Positions 1 to 10,285 of a DNA stretch of 64,000 bases are shown piece after piece. This stretch comes from a virus. A program made the translations under genes and the position numbers. Below the pieces are notes generated by a model. It was given only the letters and a program-made list of their open reading frames with translations. It did not search any database and had not been told where the DNA came from. The number at the start of each line of letters is the position of its first letter. Within the stretch, counting starts at the first letter, position 1. The DNA lies in the IMG/VR virus record IMGVR_UViG_3300012931_000015, positions 1-64,000 of that record. One strand, 5' to 3'.

Positions 1-783
1 AAGTATAATAGCTTTCTGCATAGGTATTTTATCAGTATGAATTAATATATTCTGTCTTTCTTTTTCAATTTCCCAAAGTACATCCATTTCGTTTTGATGA
101 AATCTAATTGCATAAATCTGATGATCTGTTAGTTGCACACCATATCTTAATAACATTATAACAGATTTTTCTCCATGACCAATTTTAAAATCATCTTGAA
201 ATATATACTCACGCTTTATTAAAGAAAATTCATCGGCTCTTTTTATAAAAGTATTTTCATCCACTTTATCATTATTCAGATCATAAAGTAACTGTTTAGC
301 TTTTTCAATAAAATTACTAAGACTACTTTTTCCTAAGTTCATCACATCAAATAAATCTGATGGTAGATTAAGCTCTTTGCACAATCCTAAAGCATACTCA
401 ATTTGTTTTTCAGTTGCATCTTCTTCATTTTTATAAACATTAATTTTGCAAAAATCATGGAAAAGTCCAGCAAACACAGCATCTTTAAGGTATTGTTCAA
501 AATCTTTATCGTTCAATTCATTAAGATATTTTGAAACTTCCATTTTCTTCATTTCAATTAAATTTCTATAAGTAAATATAGCAACATTCGTACTATGTAA
601 TATTAATCCCGACTTAAAACTTCCATGATATTTTGTACTCGCGGGACTTAGAAAATATTCTCTCGGTAACTTCATTAAAAAGTCTTCACTATATTCTGAA
701 TACATATACAAAATATCAAAATTTTGTTTCATCTCATCATAAGTTGCTTTTGAAGTTAAAGGTTTAATATCATTTATTGTCAT
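1..783 (-). CDS. HD-domain phosphohydrolase (YhaM-like), runs off the window edge
   Basis: Manual translation from ATG at 783: MTINDIKP...SPASTKYHGSFKSGLILHSTNV...AGLFHDFCK; absent from the ORF track because it is open at the edge. Confidence 0.75.
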   Translation of the reverse strand, partial: MTINDIKPLTSKATYDEMKQNFDILYMYSEYSEDFLMKLPREYFLSPASTKYHGSFKSGLILHSTNVAIFTYRNLIEMKKMEVSKYLNELNDKDFEQYLKDAVFAGLFHDFCKINVYKNEEDATEKQIEYALGLCKELNLPSDLFDVMNLGKSSLSNFIEKAKQLLYDLNNDKVDENTFIKRADEFSLIKREYIFQDDFKIGHGEKSVIMLLRYGVQLTDHQIYAIRFHQNEMDVLWEIEKERQNILIHTDKIPMQKAIIL

Positions 784-955
784 CTTTTTTATCCCTTGCT
801 TTTATACTAAATTCTCTACATATTGTTATTTTACTACTTATATTATAATTCACAAAGCATTTGTTGTAAACTACATTTGTATAATTTTTACAAAGTAAAC
901 ACATATCTTCATTGTCAGAACTACACCATATAGAGTCTTTATTAAGATAAATCAT
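770..955 (-). CDS. small Cys-rich hypothetical protein
   Basis: 61-aa ORF in operon, overlapping the next start. Confidence 0.5.
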   Translation of the reverse strand: MIYLNKDSIWCSSDNEDMCLLCKNYTNVVYNKCFVNYNISSKITICREFSIKARDKKDDNK

Positions 956-979
956 AGATTTTCACAATCCTTATTTATT

Positions 980-1759
980 TTAATCGGTTATTTCAATCTT
1001 ATAATTATACAATGCTTCATGAACTTTATCAAATCTTTTATCATTTATTTTAACTTTATATTCATCAGCTATTTGTTTTATAAACTTTTCTTTATGCTCT
1101 TTATAAACATAAAAGGCTTCTTCTGAAGTTTTATATCTTCCTAAAAAACAATTTCTATTATACTTAGACATAATAGCAATATATTTATCTCTAGTTTTAT
1201 CATAACATACACCTATTGGTTGCTTACCTCTAATTTTTTTGGCATTTACACAAAGCATATTTAATCTATGAGGCATAAGTAAACATGAATTAAAAGAATA
1301 AATTTTATTATGCTTAATAAGTATATCTTTATCAATATCTATATTATCATTTTCTATTTCATAAACATTATTATAATACCATTCACTGAAATTTTGAAAA
1401 TTATGCCATTCAACATCCACAGTACACCCTATATATTGAGGATACCTTTTTTCCTGTGTTTGCTTATTTACATAACATCGTTGTAACATTGACCTCCATG
1501 TATTATAACTTGAAATAGCTTTCCAATTAATAGATGGTTTATACTTTCCTTCTCCTAGATAACCTATTCCGTAAACCTCTCTATCAAATGTGTTTAAAAC
1601 TTTTCCTTTTAAAAAACTACCATAACTAGTATTAACTACATTTCCCGTATCAAATTTAACTTTTATTTTATTATAATTCTTATATTCAACAATAGTCATC
1701 TTAGCATTATTTTTATTATAAGACATTTCTCCAATTCTGTTATTCAACATTTTCTTCAT
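980..1759 (-). CDS. HNH/AP2-type homing endonuclease-like protein
   Basis: WRSMLQRCY...WHNFQNF...DIDKDIL...YSFNSC motifs plus AP2-like C-terminus (GV...FLGRYKTSEEAF). Confidence 0.75.
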   Translation of the reverse strand: MKKMLNNRIGEMSYNKNNAKMTIVEYKNYNKIKVKFDTGNVVNTSYGSFLKGKVLNTFDREVYGIGYLGEGKYKPSINWKAISSYNTWRSMLQRCYVNKQTQEKRYPQYIGCTVDVEWHNFQNFSEWYYNNVYEIENDNIDIDKDILIKHNKIYSFNSCLLMPHRLNMLCVNAKKIRGKQPIGVCYDKTRDKYIAIMSKYNRNCFLGRYKTSEEAFYVYKEHKEKFIKQIADEYKVKINDKRFDKVHEALYNYKIEITD

Positions 1760-2801
1760 TTAACACTTCTTCTAACACTTCATCTTTTTCAATTATTTCA
1801 TTAGAATTTAATTTCTCTTCATTAAACTTTTTTATTATTTCTTCATATAATTTTTTATATAAATCTTTATCATTTTCTAATAAATTAAGTATATTTGCTT
1901 CACCTTGCCCAAGTCTTTTATCCCCCATACTGAACCAACTCCCGGCTTTGTCAATTAAACTATATTTTATAGCCATATCAAGCAATGATTTTTCTTTACT
2001 AAAACCACGCCCGAATATATTTAGTAATTCAACTTCTCTAAAAGGAATACCACATTTATTCTTAACAAATTTTGCTTTTATAATATTACCATAAGGTTCT
2101 TTTCCTGTTTCTCCTAGAGTTTTTATCATTGAAAGCTCAATTCTTATAGAAGAATAAAAAGATAAAGCAAGCCCCCCTGAAACAGCAGTTTTAGCTCCGT
2201 ATCCTGTATTCATAGTCTGTCTTATTTGATTAATAAAAGCAAGACAACATTTTGATTTAGCAACCTTTCCTACAAGTTTTCTACACATCTGTGATAAAAG
2301 TCTAGCCTGTAATCCCATGTGGCTATCTGAAAAATCACCCTCTTGCTCGGCTCTTGGAGTAAGACGAGAAACTGAGTCTACTACTATAAAATCAAAACTA
2401 TTTGAATCTATTAACGATTCTATTATATTAAAAGCGTCTTCAGCAGTATCTGGTTTAGTAATATATAGTTCATCAATATTAACTCCAAGTTTTTTTGCCC
2501 AAATTTTATCCATTGCGTGTTCGGCATCCACCCAAGCACACACGCCCCCCTTCTTTTGGCATTCAGCGACAGCCATTAAAAACAGTGTTGTTTTTCCACA
2601 AGAAGGCTTAGAAAATTGTTCTACAATACGAGATTTTGGATACCCCCCAATAGTAGTACCTAACATATCAAAATCAATTAAACCTGTTGGTAAAACTTCA
2701 TATTCAGATTTATCTCCTTGTATAACATTCCCCTTTCCACCTAATTTCTTATCAATCTTAGCCAGAGCTTCTGTTATTCTTTTTCTTTTAGCATCATCCA
2801 T
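1740..2801 (-). CDS. recA: RecA recombinase
   Basis: SCGKTT, VDAEHA, VVDSV, MGLQARLLSQ, FINQIR, GGLALSFYSSIR, KNK motifs. Confidence 0.97.
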   Translation of the reverse strand: MDDAKRKRITEALAKIDKKLGGKGNVIQGDKSEYEVLPTGLIDFDMLGTTIGGYPKSRIVEQFSKPSCGKTTLFLMAVAECQKKGGVCAWVDAEHAMDKIWAKKLGVNIDELYITKPDTAEDAFNIIESLIDSNSFDFIVVDSVSRLTPRAEQEGDFSDSHMGLQARLLSQMCRKLVGKVAKSKCCLAFINQIRQTMNTGYGAKTAVSGGLALSFYSSIRIELSMIKTLGETGKEPYGNIIKAKFVKNKCGIPFREVELLNIFGRGFSKEKSLLDMAIKYSLIDKAGSWFSMGDKRLGQGEANILNLLENDKDLYKKLYEEIIKKFNEEKLNSNEIIEKDEVLEEVLNEENVE

Positions 2802-2802
2802 T

Positions 2803-3006
2803 TTATTTTTCTCCTTCTGTTTTTATAACCATATTATCTATGTTTATTACTTTAAATTTACCTAAACCTTCATATAAATACATTTTTTCTGTGAACTTCT
2901 TATCACATCTTAAACATCTAATATCAGGTTTATTTTTTGTACCTTTGTTTATTCTGTTTTTATGTGTACATTTATTTTTTAAAAAGTTTGAAATATTATT
3001 ACTCAT
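2803..3006 (-). CDS. hypothetical protein (possible zinc finger)
   Basis: CTH...CLRC; in operon. Confidence 0.5.
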   Translation of the reverse strand: MSNNISNFLKNKCTHKNRINKGTKNKPDIRCLRCDKKFTEKMYLYEGLGKFKVINIDNMVIKTEGEK

Positions 3007-3011
3007 AATTT

Positions 3012-3560
3012 TTACTCTTCCTCTTCTGTTTTTATATTTATATGACTATTATAATTTATAAACATTTCTGGATTTTTTTCTGCTAATTCTTTTACATTAT
3101 TTTTTAATAAATTTGCTGATTCATAAATTTTATCATTCATATAATATAAATTATTATAACCTAAACTTCTCAAACAATCATATATAAGTCTTTGCATTGT
3201 AGTTTTTCCAGACCTACACTTACCTTTTATAATTATACTTAAACTATTTTTTTCAGTTTTAAATTCTAGTTTATTTTCTACCATATCTTCTACACACTTT
3301 AAAAAATCCATATATTTATTATATAATAAAATAGTTTCATCATCATTTTCTGGAACAACTTTAAGATGCTCAATAACTTCCCTTTTCATTTCTTTTAAAC
3401 TTTTATTTTCTACTTTCTGCATACTTTTCTCTTCTTCAATAATATCCTTATAACACATATAAGGTGAATATGCTAATACATAATTACAATTTTCACATTT
3501 ACCTGTAGAAAAATTAATAAATTCTTTTCTACAATTAGGACATTCTAAGTAATGACTCAT
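3012..3560 (-). CDS. hypothetical protein with N-terminal zinc ribbon and P-loop-like motif
   Basis: CPNC/CENC and IIIKGKCRSGKTT. Confidence 0.55.
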   Translation of the reverse strand: MSHYLECPNCRKEFINFSTGKCENCNYVLAYSPYMCYKDIIEEEKSMQKVENKSLKEMKREVIEHLKVVPENDDETILLYNKYMDFLKCVEDMVENKLEFKTEKNSLSIIIKGKCRSGKTTMQRLIYDCLRSLGYNNLYYMNDKIYESANLLKNNVKELAEKNPEMFINYNSHINIKTEEEE

Positions 3561-4108
3561 AACAAACCTCCACTTCTAAAATTATCTAATCTTTCTTTTC
3601 TTTCTTTCCCTAATATCAATTCCCACCATTGATGCCATTCTTCTTTTGTTATTGTTTTTCCATCAATAGGACTTTTACCTATATCTAAACGTGAGTGGGA
3701 AATTCTATTAATTACTACAACATTATCTGGTTCATATTTTAAGTCTAAAAAACTTCCACGACTTTTATAGTGTGCCGGATCAATTACTTTAACTAAATTA
3801 GGTATAGCTTTACTATAAAAAATACTTAACTGTTCTTTATTTAATTTTTTTAAAAGTTGACATTCATTATTGTCTCTTTCAAAAACTATTTTTTTTACTT
3901 TTTCCCATTCTTCATCAACTTGATTCTCGAACTGTTTTTCAACTTTCCTTTGATATTTCAAATAGCATTGTTGTTGCTTGTATAACTGTTTACAATTTTT
4001 AGAAAGAAGGGTACGCCGTAAGCACGTACCCCTTTCACATAACTTTTTAAATGCTTCAAAATCAATAAACTTTTTAACATTAAAATTACTTTTTACATTT
4101 TCACACAT
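3557..4108 (-). CDS. HNH/NinG-like nuclease
   Basis: VFERDNNECQ...DPAHYKSRG...KYEPDNVV...H pattern. Confidence 0.55.
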   Translation of the reverse strand: MCENVKSNFNVKKFIDFEAFKKLCERGTCLRRTLLSKNCKQLYKQQQCYLKYQRKVEKQFENQVDEEWEKVKKIVFERDNNECQLLKKLNKEQLSIFYSKAIPNLVKVIDPAHYKSRGSFLDLKYEPDNVVVINRISHSRLDIGKSPIDGKTITKEEWHQWWELILGKERKERLDNFRSGGLL

Positions 4109-4128
4109 AACTTTTTTATTTTTACTTT

Positions 4129-5514
4129 TTAGTATTTCTTACCACAAATTGGGCACTGTTTAATTTCCATAGGACTCATACTTCTTGTACCAAGTTTTGG
4201 ATACATACAAGTTGGATCACACACTGCCGTTTTTGTTTTCCAGATAACTTTTTTATTTTCCATATCAACTTTATCAAAGTTCTTATCAACACAATCTTTG
4301 TCAGCCGGACTCAATTTATCATAGAAAGGAAATAAATCAGCTTTTGTGATAGTATTTGTTTCAGATTTTCTTTCAACAAACTCTTCTCTAGCAGGTATTC
4401 TTTCGACAGGTTTTTCTTCTTCTTTACTTATAACTTCATTATAATAATCCTTGCTGTTGTTTGTTGCTGTTGAAGTATTTTCACTCTCTTCTTCTTTTAA
4501 TTCATTTTTATTGCTGTTTTCTGCAATCCATTTATTTTTTTCTTCTTCAGCTAATTTTTCTAATCTTTCAGTATAATTCTTGCCTGTCTCAACATCCCAA
4601 GACTTGAAAAGATTTAAAAAATTTCTTTTAATTTTATTATAAGAAGCAACAGGAAACAGTTTATCAATATCATACATTTCATATTTTTCTTCTGCTTCTG
4701 TTAAAGGCTCTTTACTCGCAATCTTTTTCATTTCATCAGAAATCTCTACTGAACAAGCCGTACTTACATCATACTTTGCCTGATCGTCAGTTTTTTCCAT
4801 AACCAAGTCAACTTTCTCCCAAACAAATATTGGAGATTTAGAAAGTTTTCTATAAATCATAGACAACAACGAAAGTGAATATCCGGGCTCTTTAGCATCT
4901 TCAACCATATTTCCACTTTTTTTATCTTCCCAAATATCAAGTCTTTTTGCAAAAAGCTTTGTATGGTTATAGGTTGTACACCAATCATTATTTCTATCAA
5001 TACAATTCTGAATAACTAAATCCTGTGGATAATATTTTGGAGGGTATAAGTCACCTTTTCTTGTATTATTAAAAATACGCTGAAAAGTAGGGGAGTCTTC
5101 ATTGTGAAATTTAAAATAACCTTTTTTATCAGCTATTTTTGGATTAGCTTTCTTATCTTCATCGGTATAATTAACCCAAGTTCTACTCATTACGTCATTG
5201 TAAAACTCTGTTAATAACCAGCTATCATCTAAGTTTCCATCCGGTAAAACTTTCCAGATAATATCAATGTAACTCTTAGCCTTATCATTTAACCATCTCG
5301 AAAACTTTACTGTTTTTGCATCAGTAGATTTTTCTCTAAACTCTGGTGGTTTACCTACAAACCTAAAAGCTCTCTGACTACCCGCAACAGGAGCACAATA
5401 CTTTACATCTTCATAAGTTCTTGTGAAATTTCCTGTTTTCTTATCCTTCTTCTCTTCTTCTGCTTTCTGTCTTTTCTGAAAAGCATTTTTAAATAATTCT
5501 TCATTGCTTGGCAT
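4129..5514 (-). CDS. putative ssDNA-binding/recombination-associated protein
   Basis: Start MPSNEE has a GGAGG RBS; acidic low-complexity linker and C-terminal Zn ribbon; function inferred only from position in the recA operon. Confidence 0.35.
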   Translation of the reverse strand: MPSNEELFKNAFQKRQKAEEEKKDKKTGNFTRTYEDVKYCAPVAGSQRAFRFVGKPPEFREKSTDAKTVKFSRWLNDKAKSYIDIIWKVLPDGNLDDSWLLTEFYNDVMSRTWVNYTDEDKKANPKIADKKGYFKFHNEDSPTFQRIFNNTRKGDLYPPKYYPQDLVIQNCIDRNNDWCTTYNHTKLFAKRLDIWEDKKSGNMVEDAKEPGYSLSLLSMIYRKLSKSPIFVWEKVDLVMEKTDDQAKYDVSTACSVEISDEMKKIASKEPLTEAEEKYEMYDIDKLFPVASYNKIKRNFLNLFKSWDVETGKNYTERLEKLAEEEKNKWIAENSNKNELKEEESENTSTATNNSKDYYNEVISKEEEKPVERIPAREEFVERKSETNTITKADLFPFYDKLSPADKDCVDKNFDKVDMENKKVIWKTKTAVCDPTCMYPKLGTRSMSPMEIKQCPICGKKY

Positions 5515-5605
5515 TTTATGCCTCCTTTTTATTTTTTGACTATTAGCAATAATGACTCTCATTAGTCTACTTTGCTATTTTGTCATAATTTTTGTTTTAT
5601 TTTTT

Positions 5606-5929
5606 TTAATGAACTATAGTTCCTTCATTCTCAAATTCACCATCTTCAAGTTCTATAAATCCGCAAATATCTTCTTCTTTTCCTATCCAAAAAGTTTTAT
5701 CAAGAAGCGGTAATTGTTTTAATTTTCCGAGATGTGTAACTATAATCATACCTACTTCAAAATTACCTCGCTTAATAACTTCTTCACCTAAAGAAATTAC
5801 TTTACCAACGAAAGTTCCAATGTTTTTAGGAATCTCACCTTTTCCCATTATTATTCCACCATTAGATTTTGTATTAAGTTCAAACTGAACCATTACAATA
5901 TCATTCTTAAACGGTTTTACTTTTGCCAT
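5606..5929 (-). CDS. groES: GroES-like co-chaperonin
   Basis: VKPFKNDIVMV...TKSNGGIIM...GKVISLG...EEDICG; AAGGAG RBS before MAKVKP. Confidence 0.75.
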   Translation of the reverse strand: MAKVKPFKNDIVMVQFELNTKSNGGIIMGKGEIPKNIGTFVGKVISLGEEVIKRGNFEVGMIIVTHLGKLKQLPLLDKTFWIGKEEDICGFIELEDGEFENEGTIVH

Positions 5930-6037
5930 CTTATTTTTTATCTCCTTCATTTTTTATTTTAGTTTTTAATAATCCAATTATAACCTGCATTGCTTCAATG
6001 TCAAGAAAAATATATAATTTATGCTGTATAATATTTC

Positions 6038-7579
6038 TTAACAATTCATCTTACCAGCACAAAAATTGTGCCATACCATGCTTATAGGCATTAAAAATAA
6101 ATGTTTTGCATAATGATAATCAGGTAAGTTTACATAATACCGATCGTTTTTTATTCTTTTAATTTTACCTATTACATATTTTATAATCAATTTAATTATT
6201 TGCTCTATATTTTTTATTTTTAATGCTTTACCAAGTTTTCTTAAATAATATCTACCAACAGACACACAATCTTTTAAAAACTCATAACCTCTTATCATTT
6301 GTTTATCATTAAGATCATTATATAATTGTTTACAATAGAGCTCTTTCACTACAACATAAAATTCTTCTTTCTTTTTCTTTTTAGTTTTTTTGTATTTAAA
6401 CTCTTTTTCAACAATAAAATCAATCAATTCAGATAACCTTTTTTCTTCATCTTGATTAAAAATTTTATCGTATAAGTCATTTTTATTTTTATTCAGATGT
6501 ATTTCATTTTTAAAAGTTTTATCATTACTACTACCACTTTTATTTGATTTATAATTATCATAGGATACAAATTCTTTCTGACAGAACTTCCAAACATACT
6601 CACAAGTTTTATGAAAATATCTGCTTAAATCACGAGAACCAGTATTATATCTAGCTGAATAATCTTCAAACTCACTATAACTCATTCTATTATGCAAACA
6701 TAAAAATCCAAGAGTTATATGATTTCTATGCCTTTTATGTTCTCCCATTCTTAAATCATACTTGTTAAAATCTATATAATTATTACTAGAATACTCGTTA
6801 CTTTCTGTAAACTTAGAATAATAATAACTTTTTTCAGGAACAGAACTATTTAATTTTTTTTCTTTTTGATGTAATAATTTATGATTAGGTAAATTTTGAT
6901 TATTATACTTTTCTAAGTAAAAATCTAATGCTTTTTCATTGTTTTCATACATTTTATAATAATTTTTACCACAATCATTACGATTATATCTTATAAATTC
7001 ATAATCAATACTTAATGGTATTCTACAATGATGTAATATTTCAATGTTTAATTTATATCTTTCAAAGTATTTACTGTATTTTTTCTTAAAATAATCCACA
7101 AAAGCAATTTTATTTTGTTTTGATATTTTATTTTTGAATTTAAAGGCTAAATGTACACTTCCAGTTTGTTTATTTCGTTCTATAAAAAATGGATTGCAAT
7201 TCTTTTTATTGTTTAATTCTTGTTTGAGAAGTAATAATACCTGCATTATTTTTGATTCAGAAGTATTATTGTGATTATCAATATCTAAAAATAAAATATT
7301 ATTTGACTCTTCTTGTAATTCCAAAGAAAAACTTAAATCATTATTATAATTTATGTGATCTAAAACAATTTGAACTTCATCATTGTTTGTTAATTTGATA
7401 TAATCCTGAATAGTTTTACAGGTAAGTTTATTTTCATTATTTTGATGAGTTCCAAACCAGATATTATCATTTGTTTCAAAATTAAATGAAAGGTTTTTTA
7501 ATAATTGAAAATATTTCCGCAAGAAACTACGATCTAATTGAGTATAAATATTAGTTTTATTTATTTTAGCAATTTCCAT
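6038..7579 (-). CDS. AEP/primase-polymerase-like replication protein
   Basis: LFLDIDNH (DxD), TGSVHLAF (xxH), CRIPLS motifs; adjacent to AT-rich divergence point. Confidence 0.5.
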   Translation of the reverse strand: MEIAKINKTNIYTQLDRSFLRKYFQLLKNLSFNFETNDNIWFGTHQNNENKLTCKTIQDYIKLTNNDEVQIVLDHINYNNDLSFSLELQEESNNILFLDIDNHNNTSESKIMQVLLLLKQELNNKKNCNPFFIERNKQTGSVHLAFKFKNKISKQNKIAFVDYFKKKYSKYFERYKLNIEILHHCRIPLSIDYEFIRYNRNDCGKNYYKMYENNEKALDFYLEKYNNQNLPNHKLLHQKEKKLNSSVPEKSYYYSKFTESNEYSSNNYIDFNKYDLRMGEHKRHRNHITLGFLCLHNRMSYSEFEDYSARYNTGSRDLSRYFHKTCEYVWKFCQKEFVSYDNYKSNKSGSSNDKTFKNEIHLNKNKNDLYDKIFNQDEEKRLSELIDFIVEKEFKYKKTKKKKKEEFYVVVKELYCKQLYNDLNDKQMIRGYEFLKDCVSVGRYYLRKLGKALKIKNIEQIIKLIIKYVIGKIKRIKNDRYYVNLPDYHYAKHLFLMPISMVWHNFCAGKMNC

Positions 7580-7619
7580 TTATCTTTAAGTTTAATTTTA
7601 AACTGTAATTCTTCAATGT

Positions 7620-7990
7620 CAAGCTTATTTTTCAATAATTTCAGATTCCGGCATATTTTGGAATATGGTTTTACAGATTTTTCACAACTACCAAAAAGCG
7701 ATTTTAGCCATAACTAGCAAAAACAACAATAACTATATTATTAATTATTAGTATTAATATATTAATTATATAGTATATATTATTAATAGTATATAACTAT
7801 ATATTTTTTATTTTTTATATTAATATGTGCTAACTTTTGAGTAATTTGAAAATACGATGTTTTATAATTTATTGATATGTAAATAATTATAGATATATTT
7901 TAATATAAGTTTTATTAAAAAATTAGCCAAAAAATACCGTATTTTTATTTTGAAGTAAAATAAGTAAAGAAATATTTGTAAATATTTATT
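7620..7990. other. candidate replication origin / divergent control region
   Basis: Non-coding, extremely AT-rich with TATTAAT/TATATA repeats at about 7730-7830; gene polarity switches here. Confidence 0.4.
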
Positions 7991-8059
7991 AAAAATAACT
8001 TGACATTCTATTTAAAATGTGGTAGATGTGTTTTTATATTGAAAAAGGAGCTATTAATA

Positions 8060-8395
8060 ATGATAAAAAATAAAAACATTTATAGGATTAAGTGTAGTGA
8101 TGATTGTAAAAATGAGCTTGAAATAACAGACTTGGGGTTTAATCAGGGTTTACTGTTGCAAATACTATCAAGTTATAGATTAGGAATTTTTACTAAATTA
8201 AAAGTTTGTTTGGATTTTATGTTAAATAAATATTTTATTCCTAAGTCTGATAACATTATAATTTCAAGATATGATTTGTTGCAAGTTATTAGGTTGATTG
8301 AAAAAGATAACTCATTGGAATCAATTAGGTTTAAAGTAGCTTCTTTAAAAAATAAAAAACAAAATATTTTAAAATTACTAAAAGAAATAAAATGA
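8060..8395 (+). CDS. hypothetical protein
   Basis: AAGGAG RBS before ATG 8060; sigma70-like TTGACA at 8000. Confidence 0.6.
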   Translation: MIKNKNIYRIKCSDDCKNELEITDLGFNQGLLLQILSSYRLGIFTKLKVCLDFMLNKYFIPKSDNIIISRYDLLQVIRLIEKDNSLESIRFKVASLKNKKQNILKLLKEIK

Positions 8396-8459
8396 AACAA
8401 AAAATCAAATCGTTATATCTCTGTGAAGATAAATAAAAAAATTAAAAAAGGAGCTAAAA

Positions 8460-9398
8460 TTGATAATTATTGGAGATTTGCACCAGCGAAATGAAAAAAC
8501 ACAAAAGCATATTGAATATTTATTTAAATGGATAGATAATACTTTTGATATGAAAAATGAAACTTTAGTTTTGTTGGGGGACATTTTCGACAAGTCGCTT
8601 CTTCCATCAGAAAATCTTTATTTTTTAATGAAAATATTAAAACAATATAAGAAAGTAGTTATTATAACAGGAAATCATGATACAAGTTTTATTCATAAAA
8701 ATTATCTTTTGCCCTTTTTGCATCTTGATAATATAATTCTTGTAGAAGAAGAACCTAAAGAATTAATGATTGATAATATTAAGTGTTTTTTTCTGCCTTA
8801 CAAGAAAAATATGAAAAATTATGAAGAATTGTGCGGTGAATATGATTATATTTTCTGTCATGCTTATTTTAAAGAAAATGATTTTGGAAATGAGGGGGTA
8901 AAATTCAACGAAAACCTAAAAGGAATAAAAGTAGCCGGACACGACCATACTCATAAAGTGGTAAGCGAGGATAAAATAGTGCTGGGTACGCCGTTCCCAT
9001 CCAGATTTGGGGAAAATTTAAACCCCAGTTTCAAAATAATGCAAATAAACAATGTGGATAAATCATATAAGCTTATTGACTGCCCTAAAATATTTACTTA
9101 TCTTGAAATTGATTATGATGAGTCTGGCGAAGTTAAATGTGATTACCCTTTTTTTGAGCTATATGTTAAAAATGCTCCTTCAAGAAGATTAGCAAAAAAA
9201 ATATATAAGAATTATGATTTGTATAAAAAGATTGATATTAAGACAGATATTTATAATTCAAGTTATGATATTGAAATAAATGCAAATAATAATTTTGATA
9301 AAAAAATTGGTTTTTATGATTATCTAATGGAGTTTTTAAAAGTGAATGAAAAATCTGTTGGTGTTGTTGAAATACTTAAAAATTTATTTAAGAAATAA
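8460..9398 (+). CDS. SbcD/Mre11/gp47-like metallophosphoesterase nuclease
   Basis: GDLH, LLGDIFD, GNHD, GHDH motifs. Confidence 0.85.
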   Translation: MIIIGDLHQRNEKTQKHIEYLFKWIDNTFDMKNETLVLLGDIFDKSLLPSENLYFLMKILKQYKKVVIITGNHDTSFIHKNYLLPFLHLDNIILVEEEPKELMIDNIKCFFLPYKKNMKNYEELCGEYDYIFCHAYFKENDFGNEGVKFNENLKGIKVAGHDHTHKVVSEDKIVLGTPFPSRFGENLNPSFKIMQINNVDKSYKLIDCPKIFTYLEIDYDESGEVKCDYPFFELYVKNAPSRRLAKKIYKNYDLYKKIDIKTDIYNSSYDIEINANNNFDKKIGFYDYLMEFLKVNEKSVGVVEILKNLFKK

Positions 9399-9485
9399 AA
9401 TGTAAAAATTAAAAAGTTTTTCTTGACACATTATATATAATAAGCTATACTGTGTTTTATAGTTTTATGATAGGAGTTAAACTAA

Positions 9486-9785
9486 ATGAATGAAAATAAA
9501 AATATTATTTATGCTATTGGTTCTATGAGTACTTATATTTGTTATTTAAATTTATCTAAAAAAGAAGCTATGACAAGATATTTAAAGATGCTTTTGGATG
9601 AGCATGATGGACAAGTTTATTTATCAAGAGAAGGATGTAATTATTCTATGGAAAAGTATGAAACTTTTTTAACTTGGGATGAAGCAAAATTAGAAAATTA
9701 TATTTTAGAAAAATTAGAGTTAGATATAAAAAAAATAAATTTTAATGATACTTTTGAGGTTTATGATATTGAGGAAGTTTTTTAA
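9486..9785 (+). CDS. hypothetical protein
   Basis: ORF with AGGAG RBS and upstream TTGACA/TATACT promoter. Confidence 0.6.
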   Translation: MNENKNIIYAIGSMSTYICYLNLSKKEAMTRYLKMLLDEHDGQVYLSREGCNYSMEKYETFLTWDEAKLENYILEKLELDIKKINFNDTFEVYDIEEVF

Positions 9786-9813
9786 ACTATTTTTAAATAA
9801 AAAGGATTGAAAA

Positions 9814-10101
9814 ATGATAGATAAAAAAAATATGAAAGAAAGAGTTAAACTAAATGATTTTGGTTTAAAGTTAAGAGAATTGAGAAAAAAAGAAAATTTG
9901 AAACAGGGTGAGTTAGCTGAAAAACTTGATTTTACTCGGACTTATGTGAATGAGTTTGAAGCAGGTAAATGGATTCCTAGTTTTAATTTCATGTCAAAAT
10001 TAACTGAAGTATTTGTGGATTTAGAAATTAAAATTGTAATACGAGAAGGTAAAATTGAAATTGACTTTGGGGATGAAAGTAATAATAAAAGTTTGAGTTA
10101 A
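9814..10101 (+). CDS. XRE-family HTH regulator
   Basis: FGLKLRELRKKENLKQGELAEKL...YVNEFEAGKWIPS. Confidence 0.85.
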   Translation: MIDKKNMKERVKLNDFGLKLRELRKKENLKQGELAEKLDFTRTYVNEFEAGKWIPSFNFMSKLTEVFVDLEIKIVIREGKIEIDFGDESNNKSLS

Positions 10102-10285
10102 AAAAGGAAAACAAAAAATGAACATGATAGGAAATGATAAGCTTGTTATTGTAAAATCTCATGGTTCTTTTAAAGTAAAAAGAAATCCTTCCTATAAAGA
10201 AACTGGAGAATATCTATACATAGATGAATTAGATGTAGATGATTTTATTGGTTTGATACAAGAAGCAAAAGAGTTATTATAAATT

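Noticed and set aside
2317-2865. 182-aa ORF antisense to recA (likewise 46759-47529, 40715-41053 and other short antisense ORFs)
   Set aside because: Shadow frames of well-supported genes with no RBS or motifs
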